DNA of 64,000 nt from Octopus vulgaris (GCA_951406725.2 OX597821.1:105586001-105650000), one strand, 5' to 3'. Shown: positions 42,068 to 55,295, counted from the first letter of the stretch. The notes: generated by a model not told the origin, from the letters alone. Numbers and translations are program-made.

Positions 42068-42380
42068 CGTAATGATATATATATATATACGTAATGATAT
42101 AAAAAAACAAGGGCGTGTAAATATTAGTGCATTTATAGATAGAATGTCTTACAGGTGTTTCCAGGATATTCATTAATTATATCCCTTCATCGGAGATGGT
42201 GTGAGAGGATGGTTAAATTATAGTTAATTTAGATAGGATGCAAAATAGAGAGTGAGGTGGAGGAAAGAAAATAGATGTGAGATATGTAGGGATACTGAAT
42301 TTGTAGATCCAATTTCTAGACAGAATGGTATATATGTAACATTCCAATACCTTATGTGTAAAATCGAACCGAATTTAAAT

Positions 42381-42449
<69 letters not shown>

Positions 42450-42457
<8 letters not shown>

Positions 42458-43090
42458 TACCACCTCATTATCGAGTATGGCCATTGCACGAAGCTTAACT
42501 GTTATTGGTGCTGTGATCGAATGTGACTTCTATTTGCTTTTAAAGGCTACAGCCAGCCATTCAGTTGAGACTCACAGCACTATCAACAATCATTGTTATC
42601 GTGCAATGCCTGTGCAAGAAGATTATTTTAAGCGAGGAAAGGCTGTACACTGAGTCAATCCCACTCACTAAGCAACAGTAGCCATAAAGAAGAACAGGTC
42701 AAAATCATAGGTAACCGTCGGAGTTGTACCAGTTACCTTACTTACCTTCTCCTAGAAGGATGGCACTAAGAAAGGCTAGGAGTCCTTCACTGCCAATGGT
42801 TTAACCGCTCGATCGGGTATTCAGTCCGATTATTTCTATGTGCCCGCGCATGATACAGCCTTGAGGTCTAAGAGAGAGAGAAAAAAAAAACATTTATTGG
42901 ATGGCCCTTGTCTCTCAAGAGTTCCTCCGCCCTTTGACGTGTTTTGTTTTTCATCCCACAGGGTGTCCAAAAAACACCCTTCACACCAAGCAAGCTTGGT
43001 GGGGTTGCCCGTTTAGTCGCCGACGGCCCGACCATGCAACAGGTTGTACTGGGTTACATGTTACCAGTAGCAACCAAAAGTGACCTGACA
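42450..43090 (-). mobile_element. Probable non-coding LINE (RTE-like) terminal fragments
   Basis: GC-richer block bounded by (AT)n tracts; resembles RTE-type UTR sequence from memory only; no coding motif found. Confidence 0.3.
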
Positions 43091-43245
43091 TAATATATAT
43101 GTAAATATATATATATATACATACATACATACATACATATATATATTCTTTCTGATATATATATATATATATATATATTTTGTTTTGTTTGTTTTGTTTT
43201 TCCAGTTTCAGCTCTTGAGCTGTGGCCATGCTGGGGCACCGCCAT

Positions 43246-43398
43246 TGTGGTGAAAGAGTACAGCAGGGATCACCACCCCCTGCCGGAGCCTCGTAGAGCT
43301 TTTAGGTGTTTTCGCTCAATAAACACACACAACGCCCGGTCTGAGAATCGAAACCGCGATCCTGCAACCGCGAGTCCGCTGCCCTAACCACTAGGCCA
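43246..43398 (-). mobile_element. SINE family C, 5' part
   Basis: Highly similar to 32770-32930. Confidence 0.85.
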
Positions 43399-44000
43399 TG
43401 CATATATACATATATATGTACAGCCAAAAGCTGGGGAGATTCTGGTGCACCGTCTTTCAGCGATTTGATATCCTCTCTTTAACTTTTTTGATGAGGAAAC
43501 AGGTAGGGCGGAACCACTCGCCGCTTTTCTTTATCCTGCCCACACCGTTGTGGGTTCACGTGGGATTTCAACATGATATTTGCCCAGATGCTTTCAGAAG
43601 GGCTCCACATTTATATCTCACAAATCTTTGATGTTGTTTGACAGTTTTAGCGTCCTGAAACCATATGTGTGTGAGTGAGTGTATGTAGATACATACATAC
43701 GTACATGCATACATACATACATACATACATACATACATACATACATACATACATACATACATACATACATACATACATACATACATACATACACATATGT
43801 ATAATGCTCGAAATGAGGAGTAGATAGGCATCCACAACTGCTACATAGTATTTTCTATATGTTCACATTCCTGTTTTCCATTTTCTCTCGTTGTTTACGT
43901 ATTTAACTCTTTTGTTTACGTATGTCATGTTGTTTCCACATTTGGTGACGTCCTGTATCCAAATATGCATATATATATATGTATATATATTTATTATTAC

Positions 44001-44056
<56 letters not shown>

Positions 44057-45545
44057 GGTTTAAGTAATTGAGATTCAAGTGAATTCTAAAGAATTCACAT
44101 GAATATGGTCCTTAACTAGGATGCACCGGAAACCTATATGGTGTTAACCATACGACAAGTGGGGTGATTACAAATAGGAAAAAAGCAACAAGAATGGATT
44201 AAAATCTGTATTTACTGCATTTTTTGTAGCTTATTAAAGATGTCCTCGTACGAAACAATTTTACCGAGATTTTAATCCATTCTTGTTGCTTTTTTCCTAT
44301 ATATATATATACCCATATATATATATGCATAGCCATATATATGTATTTATATATATATATATATATGTATGTATGTGTGTGTGTATGTATCCATTGATGT
44401 TATAAAGATATTGCTTCAACTTAGGGAAACAACATTGAAGAACATTACTTTAAACTTGATCATCTTACACAGAACAAAATCCTCCAAATCTAATGAGTCA
44501 AACCACTTATAATTTCACACAGCGATCCTACATTAGAAATACAATATCTTTGACGTTCCGTTCTGGATTAGAATATACAGTATTTTTCTCACAGAACCTA
44601 AATGTCTAAAATTAAAACCGACTTTGCAATACTGTTGTTATTATAATGACGGAAATACCACAGACCACATCGGGAATGGTGTGGCATAACTGAGTATCAT
44701 TGAGAATCACAGCAATGCATTTTCCCAACTAGCGCATTACACCATTCGGTTTTGTTGAAGACACCAGCTGAAATTGTTTTACCTTTCAGAGACACAATTG
44801 CTCCCTCTTTTCTATCTGTTAACTTATAAACTAGACCTCGCAATCATTCTTACTGCCTACTTAGAATTGGACTCTAATCTATTTGTAAAGCTATTCTTGT
44901 GGGGAACATTCATTTGCGGTTGCTATTTTTTCCCTGTACATATCAACACATAACTAATGGTTTTGAACGCGAAGCCTTAATCCTTTCTCAGTCTCTGCAG
45001 CTGTCAAGATACTACAAATCGTACAGAAATTTAAGACTCCAGGCAAAATATTACAGTAATTTTCAGTTGAAAACATTGTCGTGAGAAATTAAAGTTTTGT
45101 GTTTCTATCAAATACAAGAAGAGAACAGAATTTTATGCAAAAATAATTTTGCTCACTAGGCTGCCTAAATAATTTGTGCATATGTATGACCATATTTCGA
45201 AACCGTTATTCTGATGAAAAAATTGTTTTCCCCTGGAATCTCGGTGATATTAAAAACAATCACAATTGCACAGTTTAACATCGCAACTAATAATGTCTGA
45301 TAAGAAGGCTGTAGAATAAATAATTCTTTTTTTTTTTAACAATACATACTTTCAGTATAATCTTCCCACGCAACACGTAAGTGTATGAAAATTAAGAGGA
45401 AGACATTTCACTAATGCAAAATTTTGATTCATAGAATGAAATAGAAGGTTATGGCAGAGTGCTTCTATAGATTTCTATATATATATATACATACATACAT
45501 ACATATATATATATAATTATATATATATATATAAATATGTATATA

Positions 45546-45609
<64 letters not shown>

Positions 45610-45739
45610 TATATTTATATAACTAGATTGATAGGTAAACAGATAGATACATAAAGACAGATAGATGGGTACATAGACAGATAATTTATATTATATATAT
45701 TATATGTATATGTGATGTATGCGTGTGTATATATAATAA

Positions 45740-45787
<48 letters not shown>

Positions 45788-46322
45788 CCCATTATCTATT
45801 ATGCTGGATATTTTGCTTGTTTTCTGTTCCATCTGAATAGGTTTAGATTGACTTCCGTAATCTTATAAAAAAGCTAATATAAAATGTTCATTTGCTTTGA
45901 AAGGAAAGCAATTATGTATTTGTATTTTCAGTTCCGCCATATTCTTTCCACGTTACTTGTCTCGTCTCCGGAATTTCTCATGAATCTTTGCTTTCATTTT
46001 TCAAGCCATTTTCCTACTTCCTCCTTTCTTTGTTGTCGTTTCCTTAATCAGTTCCTTACACACTCTATATTTGTCTCTCTGCGTTTGCCTCTCTTTGTGG
46101 TACACATGCCCATGCACGCGCATTGTCAGACAATAACGAACATATTAATAAATACAATTAGAAATATATATACAGTGATATACAAACCAAAATATACATA
46201 CATTTTCTATCAAGGAAACACACAGACGTAAACTGAGGTATTCACATTCATATATACACCTTAGGTAAATAACCATACACATACACATATATGTATATAC
46301 ACATATATGAAATATATATAAA

Positions 46323-46552
46323 GGCGGCGAGCTGGCAGAAACGTTAGCACGCCGGGCGGAATGCTTAGCGGTATTTCGTCTGCCGTTACGTTCTGAGTTC
46401 AAATTCCGCCGAGGTCGACTTTGCCTTTCATCCTTTCCGGGTCGATTAAATAAGTACCAGTTACGCACTGGGGTCGATGTAATCGACTTAATCCGTTTGT
46501 CTGTCCTTGTTTGTCCCCCCTGTGTTCAGCCCCTTGTGGGTAGTAAAGAAAT
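46323..46552 (+). mobile_element. Young SINE family A monomer with 18-bp TSD
   Basis: Head GGCGGCGAGCTGGCAGAAACGTTAG, B box GAGTTCAAATT; ATATATGAAATATATATA at 46303-46320 and 46553-46570. The central gcctttcatcctttccgggtcgattaaataagtaccag recalls the Deu/Nin SINE domain (from memory). Confidence 0.92.
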
Positions 46553-46873
46553 ATATATGAAATATATATATATATATTATAGATAGTTGCATCGATGGAT
46601 AAAATGATAGAGAGATAGGTAAGTAGAGAAGTATGTAGGTGGGTGTGTAGGTAGGTAAGGAGGTAAGTAGATAGATGCATATACAAAAAAATTGCAAACA
46701 AGGTGTCACGACTATTCATACCAGGCCCACCAAATATGTTTTCTCGGGATACCCAAATACATATGGTACCATTCTTTACAAAATATAACACACACGCGCA
46801 CACATACATACACACATATACACACACCTCACTCCACTCCACACATACACACGCACTCACTCGTATGTGTGTG

Positions 46874-46908
<35 letters not shown>

Positions 46909-46924
46909 ATACATTCATACATAT

Positions 46925-46974
<50 letters not shown>

Positions 46975-47384
46975 CATATATATTTTTTTCTTCTTATATA
47001 TACATAATATTCTCTTCTAAATTCGTTAATTTTCGTTCCAGTTTTTTTTTTTGAGAGAGAGAGAGAGAAAAAGAGATCTTATATTCAAAACTAATTTTAT
47101 TGAAAGTTCTTATTGTTCACTTCAGCTACGAGGTAAAATATTTAAAGAGTTGCTTCTTATTCTGCTGTTGCTGATAGTAGAGTTGATGTATGTGTCACGG
47201 GGGCGGCTGGACTATATGATTGAAAGAGTGAATTTTTTACACTACTCATTCTATTTTATGATACTTATTAATAAAGAAATTAGTTATGTATTTTCAGTTG
47301 AATTAATTTTCAAGACACAATGTTGAAATATGTACATTAATAGGTACTTGCATTCTTATATTTGCTTTATTCTGTTATTCTTTT

Positions 47385-47610
47385 ATTGTTTTATTCCTTT
47401 CAGTAATGTGACTGCGACCATGCTGGAACACCGCCTTTCGTCGAGGAAATCGACTCCAGGACTTATTCCCTGTAAGCCTAGTACTTATTCTATTGGTCTC
47501 TAGCCGAACCACTAAGTGACGAGGATGTAAACACATCAACATCGGTTATCAAGCGATGTTGGGAGGGACAAACACAGACACACAAACATATACATATATA
47601 CATGCACACA

Positions 47611-47656
<46 letters not shown>

Positions 47657-47980
47657 ACAGGAAGCTTTATGAAAATAAACAAAAGACGAAGGCAGGTGGG
47701 ATACAAACAAACAATTGTATTAGTATGGCGCTCAGGAATATATATAAAACAAGTCTTTTACGTTTCGAGCCTACGCTTTTCAACAGAAAGATACACAGAA
47801 AGGAAACACGGAGAGAAACAAGGAGAGAACAAAAATGCGTGCAGAAGCTAGCGAATCAACAGACAAGCTTCTTTCAGTTTCTTTCACTATCCGTCTATGA
47901 AATCCACTCACAAGGAAATGGTAGGCTCGAGGCTATAGTAGAAGACACTTGCCCGAGGTGCGACACAGTGGGAGTGAACC
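47385..47980 (-). mobile_element. SINE family B with a ~200-bp nested insertion (47657-47860)
   Basis: 3' half at 47385-47600 and 5' half at 47861-47980, separated by unrelated sequence in the internal microsatellite. Confidence 0.8.
47754..47791 (-). ncRNA. Minimal type-I hammerhead-ribozyme-like motif (variant core CUGUUGA)
   Basis: Minus strand: UCUUU-CUGUUGA-A-AAGC-GUAG-GCUC-GAA-ACGU-A-AAAGA; stem I UCUUU/AAAGA, stem II AGC/GCU, palindromic stem III ACGU, GUA cleavage triplet. Confidence 0.6.
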
Positions 47981-48003
47981 CGCGCATACACACACACTGA
48001 CAC

Positions 48004-48114
<111 letters not shown>

Positions 48115-48269
48115 CACACACACACTTATATATACATAAATAATTTTCTCTTCTAAAATCTTTAAGTTACTTACCACATAATCACTCCTGCGGCTATGAA
48201 GTTCATAATCTCTTAATAAGTTTTCATTCCTCAGGTAACTGAAGATGACAAGATAACCAGCTTTACTCA

Positions 48270-48610
48270 TTTTGAGTCCTAATTTGGTTTCCTACTACAA
48301 TATTATCATAAAATCCACAGATGGAGTGCGAACACGTAATAGGAGAATTAGCATACGATGGGACATTTATATTCCCTGCATTGTTCATCTCTTTAGCCTC
48401 TCTGAAAATCTCTGATTTTGAGATCTATTCTACAGTGTACGCAGCACTCCGCCGCAGTGATCGATCTTCTGCAAAATATTCTGACGTACGCTCCTCAAGG
48501 TAACCTTGAGAATGTTTTTTTGTCCACCACGTGTCCGAGAACCAACTGCGGGAAATCTGTTTTGGGGTTATGGATGTGGGGATGCAATCTATTTGTTCAC
48601 ATCATTGCAG
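48270..48610 (-). mobile_element. RTE (BovB-type) LINE C-terminal remnant
   Basis: PKQI...GSRTRGGQKNILKVTLRS...(frameshift) AEDRSLRRSA...TCSHSICG, matching the RTE motif G.R.RGGQKKR.KD.LK...A.DRS.WR and a terminal zinc-finger remnant. Confidence 0.6.
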
Positions 48611-49435
48611 TTAATATTTACTTAGGAAATATACAAGCTTGTCATTAGCGTTCTCGGGCATAATACATTAATGTAATTAACACATTTTCTAATCTCCAAG
48701 AAGAACAGGTACCTACCGATACAAAATTTGTAAATCAAAAGTTTAATTCAAAACATTATTGTTTTCCACGGATATTTAGTTTACTGACCTGAAGAATCTT
48801 TATAGAACTATATTTTCTACGGCGTGTTACCTGAATGATATGTAATTAGTATTTGTGTGATGTCTGAAAACATCTGTGCATTCTTAATTAAAGCGTTTCT
48901 TCGTTCTTCTTGTTTTTCTTACTGTCTTCCTTTTACAAAATTTAACAGACAATTCAAACCTGCTTCGTTATATTTCCCATGCATACAGTGGTCGTTATAT
49001 GCTATTATTCAACTATTATTCAACGTGTGACTTCTAAACTAGTGATACTATGATTTTCATATATGATATTGCAAGACATATGTGACATATACCAATGTCA
49101 GAATCTAATCTCGAATGATGCCACCTAACATGAAAACAATATACGAACAACAAATAATACTTCTTGATTCAGTATTCACAGAGCTGTATTAATCATACTT
49201 ACATTAAACTAAAATGTCATTTATACCTGACCGTTTTAGCTTACAAAAGCACACGTACAAAATGAACATTGAAGACTTATGCTATGCAAAGGATTACTGC
49301 TTGTCTGGGAAACATCGCTAAACAGGAAATCCACGTTGAAATATGTAGAACCGGTTTAATAAATGCAGCATGGATGATGTTTATAAACCATTTGAAAACA
49401 GAAAAAACGTTAGATTCACTTCAACATTTCAAGTT

Positions 49436-49490
49436 AATTTCTCAAAATATTTTCGTCGGTTTGAGACCACGACTTGTTCACTGACAAATT
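49436..49490 (-). ncRNA. Minimal type-I hammerhead ribozyme motif with swapped G3-C8 core pair
   Basis: Minus strand: AAUUUGUCA-GUGAACA-A-GUCG-UGGUCUCAAAC-CGAC-GAA-AAUAUU-U-UGAGAAAUU; stem I 8 of 9 bp, stem II 4 bp, palindromic stem III AAUAUU. Confidence 0.65.
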
Positions 49491-50025
49491 TCCATGGTGA
49501 AGAAGGTTTTTGTATGTTTTTAAATTTCTTATGAACAAATTCCACGCTGCAATTGTTTTTATTTCAGTACACGATCTCAGATAAGGTCACTTGCTTTGCA
49601 AGTGTATCTCCGTAAAATATTTTTTTAAAAACTTGGTTATATCTTTAGTTGTAACTTTTACAGGCTTTCTTAGTTCTTTAGTTTGTATTTATTTTAATCT
49701 TTTCATTTTTTGTATCTGTAAATGTACGTGTGTATCAGTGTTTGTAATATACCCAAGATCATGTATGTACCTAAACACAGACTTTGAAATAAGAAGTTTG
49801 CGCGTCACTGTACTTTTGTATAAGTAAATATTCTGAGGTTTATTTTGATACGTAAGCCAACAGAAGGCTGTTTATATCCTGATGGAGACGGCTTTGCATC
49901 TGTTCTCCATGATGGATTACGCTTGTAAATACTGACATATATCCACCACGATGCATACATATATACATCATACATATACATACATACACGCATGCATGCA
50001 TATATGCATACATACATACATACAA

Positions 50026-50075
<50 letters not shown>

Positions 50076-50219
50076 ATATATACAATAAAAATATATACAT
50101 ATATAAATACATTAAAAATACATTAAAATATACAAATATATCAATACAAATTACACTGAGAATATATATTAAGATTATACAAATACGCTGTCCACCTCCA
50201 GAAATCGTGTAAACATATT

Positions 50220-50440
50220 GCTCACACCATCCTTCTCCCTCCAGGTTGGATCATTACTAAAATTACTTTTAAAATCTTAAAATCAAACTTTCCGCCACAG
50301 CACAAGTATTACTCTATTTTCAATAAACACTCAATAAAACTTTCATACTCCACCACACCTAGCCTTAGATCTATCATAGCTGCTCTCAATAGTAGTAAAC
50401 CTCGAGGGCAGTGGATTGAACATATAAATCCTTATATAGA
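50220..50440 (+). mobile_element. Penelope-like element ORF fragment (RT thumb / endonuclease linker)
   Basis: TPSFSLQVGS, frameshift, ITFKILKSNFPPQHKYYSIFNKHSIKLSYSTTPSLRSIIAALN, matching the PLE motif PPFS..V....F..HFP..H....IFN...K.SYS..PN...II..HN. Confidence 0.7.
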
Positions 50441-52302
50441 ACCCCAATCAGATCCGGAAAATAATAGTACCATCGCTCTTAACAACTCTCCTAGTTTACG
50501 TTATTCTAAAATGTTGACAGCATCCCGCAAACCTGATTATCAATATAGCCATTTATTCAAATTCTGTTATAAACTCCGACTTAGACTCACCGTTACCGAC
50601 GACATGTCAACCTAAAGTAGCCACATGAGGATAATACTCAAATGTTGAAACAAACGAAAAATCAATATATTCAGTTAAACCCAGTTGGCATCAGGATTGT
50701 CTTTAACAATCCATTACGTGGATATTGCTTCCTCAGATTGTCAATGGAGTATCGCACCAAACTTATCAGCAGCAAATATAAACTGCTGATTTAATTTCAG
50801 AAGTAGTCAGAAAATCATCAATTAATCAATATAGGGTAGCAAAAAATTCAATAGAAATTCTTTCGCCACCAGCGGTCTAGTGAGAGATGATTTTCTGACT
50901 AATTCTGAAATTAAATCAGCAGTTTATATTTGCTGCTAAGTTTGGCGCGATTACGATAGTTTTTGAAAATTTTAGGGCAGACATTCCCGAGGCATAGATA
51001 CTACTGCCTCGTGTATGTCTGTCTCTCCTGGCTTCTTTACCGATGAGATGTGGCCTTTGGTAGATCGACTTAATTAAGTTTAATTTAATTTAATTGGGCT
51101 GGTATGTCATTAAAAACATTGAAACAATGCATTGTATAAGGATGATTAGGGTAAATGTTTTTTAATTTTCCTTTAATTTCTGAATTACTATTACTTTGCG
51201 GTTTGAGTCCTGGCTGCTCTTTCTAGTGGGTCGAATGGCCTATTTGAGACCCTTCCTCAATTGTTGTTGAATTTATATATATAGTTTCTGACTATTTTCT
51301 CTCTCTCACTAGACCGCTGGTGGCGAAAAAATTTCTATTCAATTTTTTGCTACCCTATATTGATTAAATATATATATATATATGTGTGTGTGTGTGTTGT
51401 GTGTGTGTGCGTGTGTGTGCGTGTGCCTGTTAATATCACCAACGTCAATTTACCCATCATCATTTCATAAACCATAAAGAATAAACCGTTAAAATTTTGA
51501 AATAGTTACTTCATTCTTCTTCGTACCATCGCTTCTGGTGTAATTCCGCTGTGGATGTTCTTATGAAAATATCTCCCTAAGGACTAAAGGTTTAACAAAA
51601 AGGAAAGAAAATGGCGTAGGTGATGGCATGGGATCTATGGTGCGATCTAATGTCGATGGCGAATAACGAGGTAAAAATTTGAAAACTTCCTGTTCAACAC
51701 ACTGAAATCTTGTTATTGTTATATCAGATGAAAAATAAAGTTGATATCGGAAGAGTTAATTCGAAACATTGCTCTTATGTATTGGGTTAATTTAACAAGA
51801 ATCGTAATATATAACCATATCTTAGTTTCACCTGCAAAGGGCTCTTCAGTTAATATTCATTCAGACACATTAGGAAATTACTCGGATTATCTTCCTTAAG
51901 AGTGTTAAAGGAAGCTGTGGTAAGTGTCACGAAAGACGCAGAATAGATTGCAGCGCATGGAAATTAATCGAATAAAATTTTATCGAGTTGTTTTGTCGAT
52001 GTTAAAAATTTAGAATTGTAGTATTGGAGATAATATGAATCACAATATCCAGATTTTAAATTATATTTAAAAAATCGTAGAAAAAATGAGGACGACGGAA
52101 TCTAATAAATATTCGTCGATTCTTTAGATACAGTTAATGATATTTCCCTTTATAGCAGACGTAACATGAGGAAATTAGTCTACTTAATGATATTTCGTGC
52201 AGAAAAGAAATAAAAATAAAATGTCTGCCACTGATGGAAAAATAAGCGATTACTTTATTGCGATACATGCATAGATATATACATACACACATGCATGAAT
52301 AA

Positions 52303-52340
<38 letters not shown>

Positions 52341-52409
52341 TGAGTACATGTACATGCGTTTATGTATATATACATATACAGACATTCATTTATATATATA
52401 TATATATAT

Positions 52410-52442
<33 letters not shown>

Positions 52443-52475
52443 CATACATACATATATATATATAAACAGATATCA

Positions 52476-52508
<33 letters not shown>

Positions 52509-55177
52509 TTACATATATATATATACATATATATGCACATATATATATGTGTGTGTGTATGTATGTATGTATGTATGTATGTATACTTGCATGCATATGT
52601 ATATGTTCCTATGCAGGTATATATGTATTTCTAGATTTGAATAGCAAGGAATATTATTAAAATATGCTGTGTTTTCTTTCGTTGCTTAAGTGACTTTTTC
52701 TCATTGAAGCACGATCGATTCTTAAGAAATGAAGTTGCGTCTGTGAAATGGAATTAACCTACACCTAGTACATGTCTTTTTGATAAGATTTTTTACAATA
52801 TAATTTCAAGAATAAACAAGTGTATTTTTCTCACGCTCGCACTCAAACTCGCACACTCATATATAGACGTATTCTCCGTCTTTTTCGGCCACTCTCTCAC
52901 GCCTATACAAACATAGTCACAGAACAAAATAATTTCTATCAAACAGACTGAATTGCATGCTTTCGTACATAAAATGTGAGTGAAGCATGTGTATGTGTTT
53001 CTGTGAGTATAATTTACAAACTATATTATTAAGAATGTAACCGTTTGTAGACATTTATAATAGTTTTGACGTGTTGACATGTACCTCCGTATATTTGTAT
53101 ATAGAAATATATGTATGAATGCATGTATTTATGTATATTTATATATATATATATATATATATATCCTCTCTCTCTGTCTACCTGTCGATATATCTGTCTA
53201 TTAATATCAGTACTTATACTCACAAATATATTCGCTTTCCGCACATTCACACACATGTATACAGAGAGTTCAGTATAAATTCGTCAAATGTTCAGTTACG
53301 TTTCCTTCAGTAGCAGGATGATAAATCGGTGAACACTCTGCGATGTTGGAGAGCATCAGGAGTAAAATGAAGTCTTAAGATTATTGAAAACGAGTTACCT
53401 TTAGCATAATTATTCACGTGGGGGATGCACTGTGAACCCGGTAATGGTTGAGAGGGGTGGCATTGACAACTACAGCAGGGACTATGAATCCGTGGCCAGG
53501 AAGAAGGGACACGGAATGCGTTCTGCCTCTGTCGGCACGGCGGAATTCATCTAACAACTGATAAGCTGCTGGATAGTGTTGTCAAACCCTTGCTGGAGAA
53601 GATTTCAGCCAAATGGCCATACCCCTGGGCAGAGATAGAGGTGGTCGCTGCAGAATTTTATCGAATCGACCAGCCCCATTTTCGACCATTCATATTTCCT
53701 AGAGCTGATGGCGAAGATGAAAAGGCATTCAAAGATCTTCCTAAGGATACTCGAGGAATGAATACACAGGTTCTAACGTCGTCTTGACCCAATAGTGGAA
53801 GCGGAATGTACCTCTTTATTAAACTTTTATATGCCAGTTATTATAGACTTGTTGTTTTTGGATTTTTATAATACTTTAATGTTTGAACCGGAAGTTGTAT
53901 TTTCTTTTCAGTTTATACAGACTGTCCAATTTAGAGAAAAAAGTCTTATATGTATGCTTTTTTTTATATATAGTTATAGATATAAACAATTTATCATTTA
54001 ATTCAACGAGCACTGAATATAATTTAGTAGAATGTATCTATTAATGTCTTCAGTTAAAATGTTCAGGTTTACTTTCAAAGTATGAATTAGGAGGTATCAT
54101 CAGACACTTTAGCGATGTCTTACTTCGTTTGTCTTAGTTGTTCTGTGGTGGCCACTCTATGCAACTGTACTCAAAATGCAAATGTAGAAAGGATAAAAAA
54201 AGGGAAAACGTACTCTTCACCAGAAACCTTAAGGCTTGAAGTGCCTTTTCCTCGGGCCAAATCTACTTCCTTATTTCATATGGGTGTCTCGGTTGAAATC
54301 GTTTCCAGCCTTTGCACTCAAGGCAGTTATATTATTTGAAGGGATGTGAAGCTCCTCCGTAAGAGAGAGTGTAAATGTTCACCAATGGAATGTAATCTAA
54401 ATTTTCTCGTTAAGGGACAGTCTTTCCCCAAGTTAATCAAGGGGCAGTTTATTCGATCGATGAAATTAGTGAATTCCCGTAATCCAAAGACGAATCTTCT
54501 CCAAAAGACCACCACCACGATCAATACCACCACCACGATCAGTATCACCACCACCACCACCACCACCACCACAATCATCACCACCATCTTGAATGTTTGC
54601 ATTTGTGGTTTTGCGTGAATGTCTGTCTATCTACGCACTTTTATAAACATTAATTTATCTATCTAATTATGTATGTGTCTGTGTATACATACACATAGTT
54701 AAGTGCATATCTACTGATCGTGTAAAATATATGTATATTCATATAATTGAGGTATCACACAAGCAGTTTTAACTCAGATGAATAAGATGTGTGAGATAAA
54801 TACAGAATTCAGTTTGTTGTTTGAATCCTCTTTGATTTCTTTTCATTAGCCATGATCATTGAATAAATGTCTCAGAAAAACAGAAAATATGAATTAAATC
54901 GTCTAAGATTAATGACATTTGATAAATGCAAAGAAAATTATAGTTAGTCTTGCGTGTGCTATGCAAATAAATCATAACAATCAAAGAGAGTTTATATGTG
55001 TTTGCCGCATGGTGAATTGGTTTTCTTGTCATAAAGTATGCTCCTCGTACACATACTATGAACTAATATCATTGGTGTAAATTATGAGCCAGAAACGAAA
55101 ACATATCTGACAGACAAGACTATCCAATGTAAAAGATATGTATTTCGATAAGAAATATATCCAGTGTAATTGCAGAT

Positions 55178-55193
55178 ATTATTATTATCATCG

Positions 55194-55224
<31 letters not shown>

Positions 55225-55295
55225 TGTTATTATTATTATTATTATTATTATTAATATTATTGTTATTGTTATTGTTATTATTAATATTATTATTA

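Noticed and set aside
48321-48503. 60-aa plus-strand ORF with apparent splice sites
   Set aside because: Better explained as the antisense strand of the RTE remnant.
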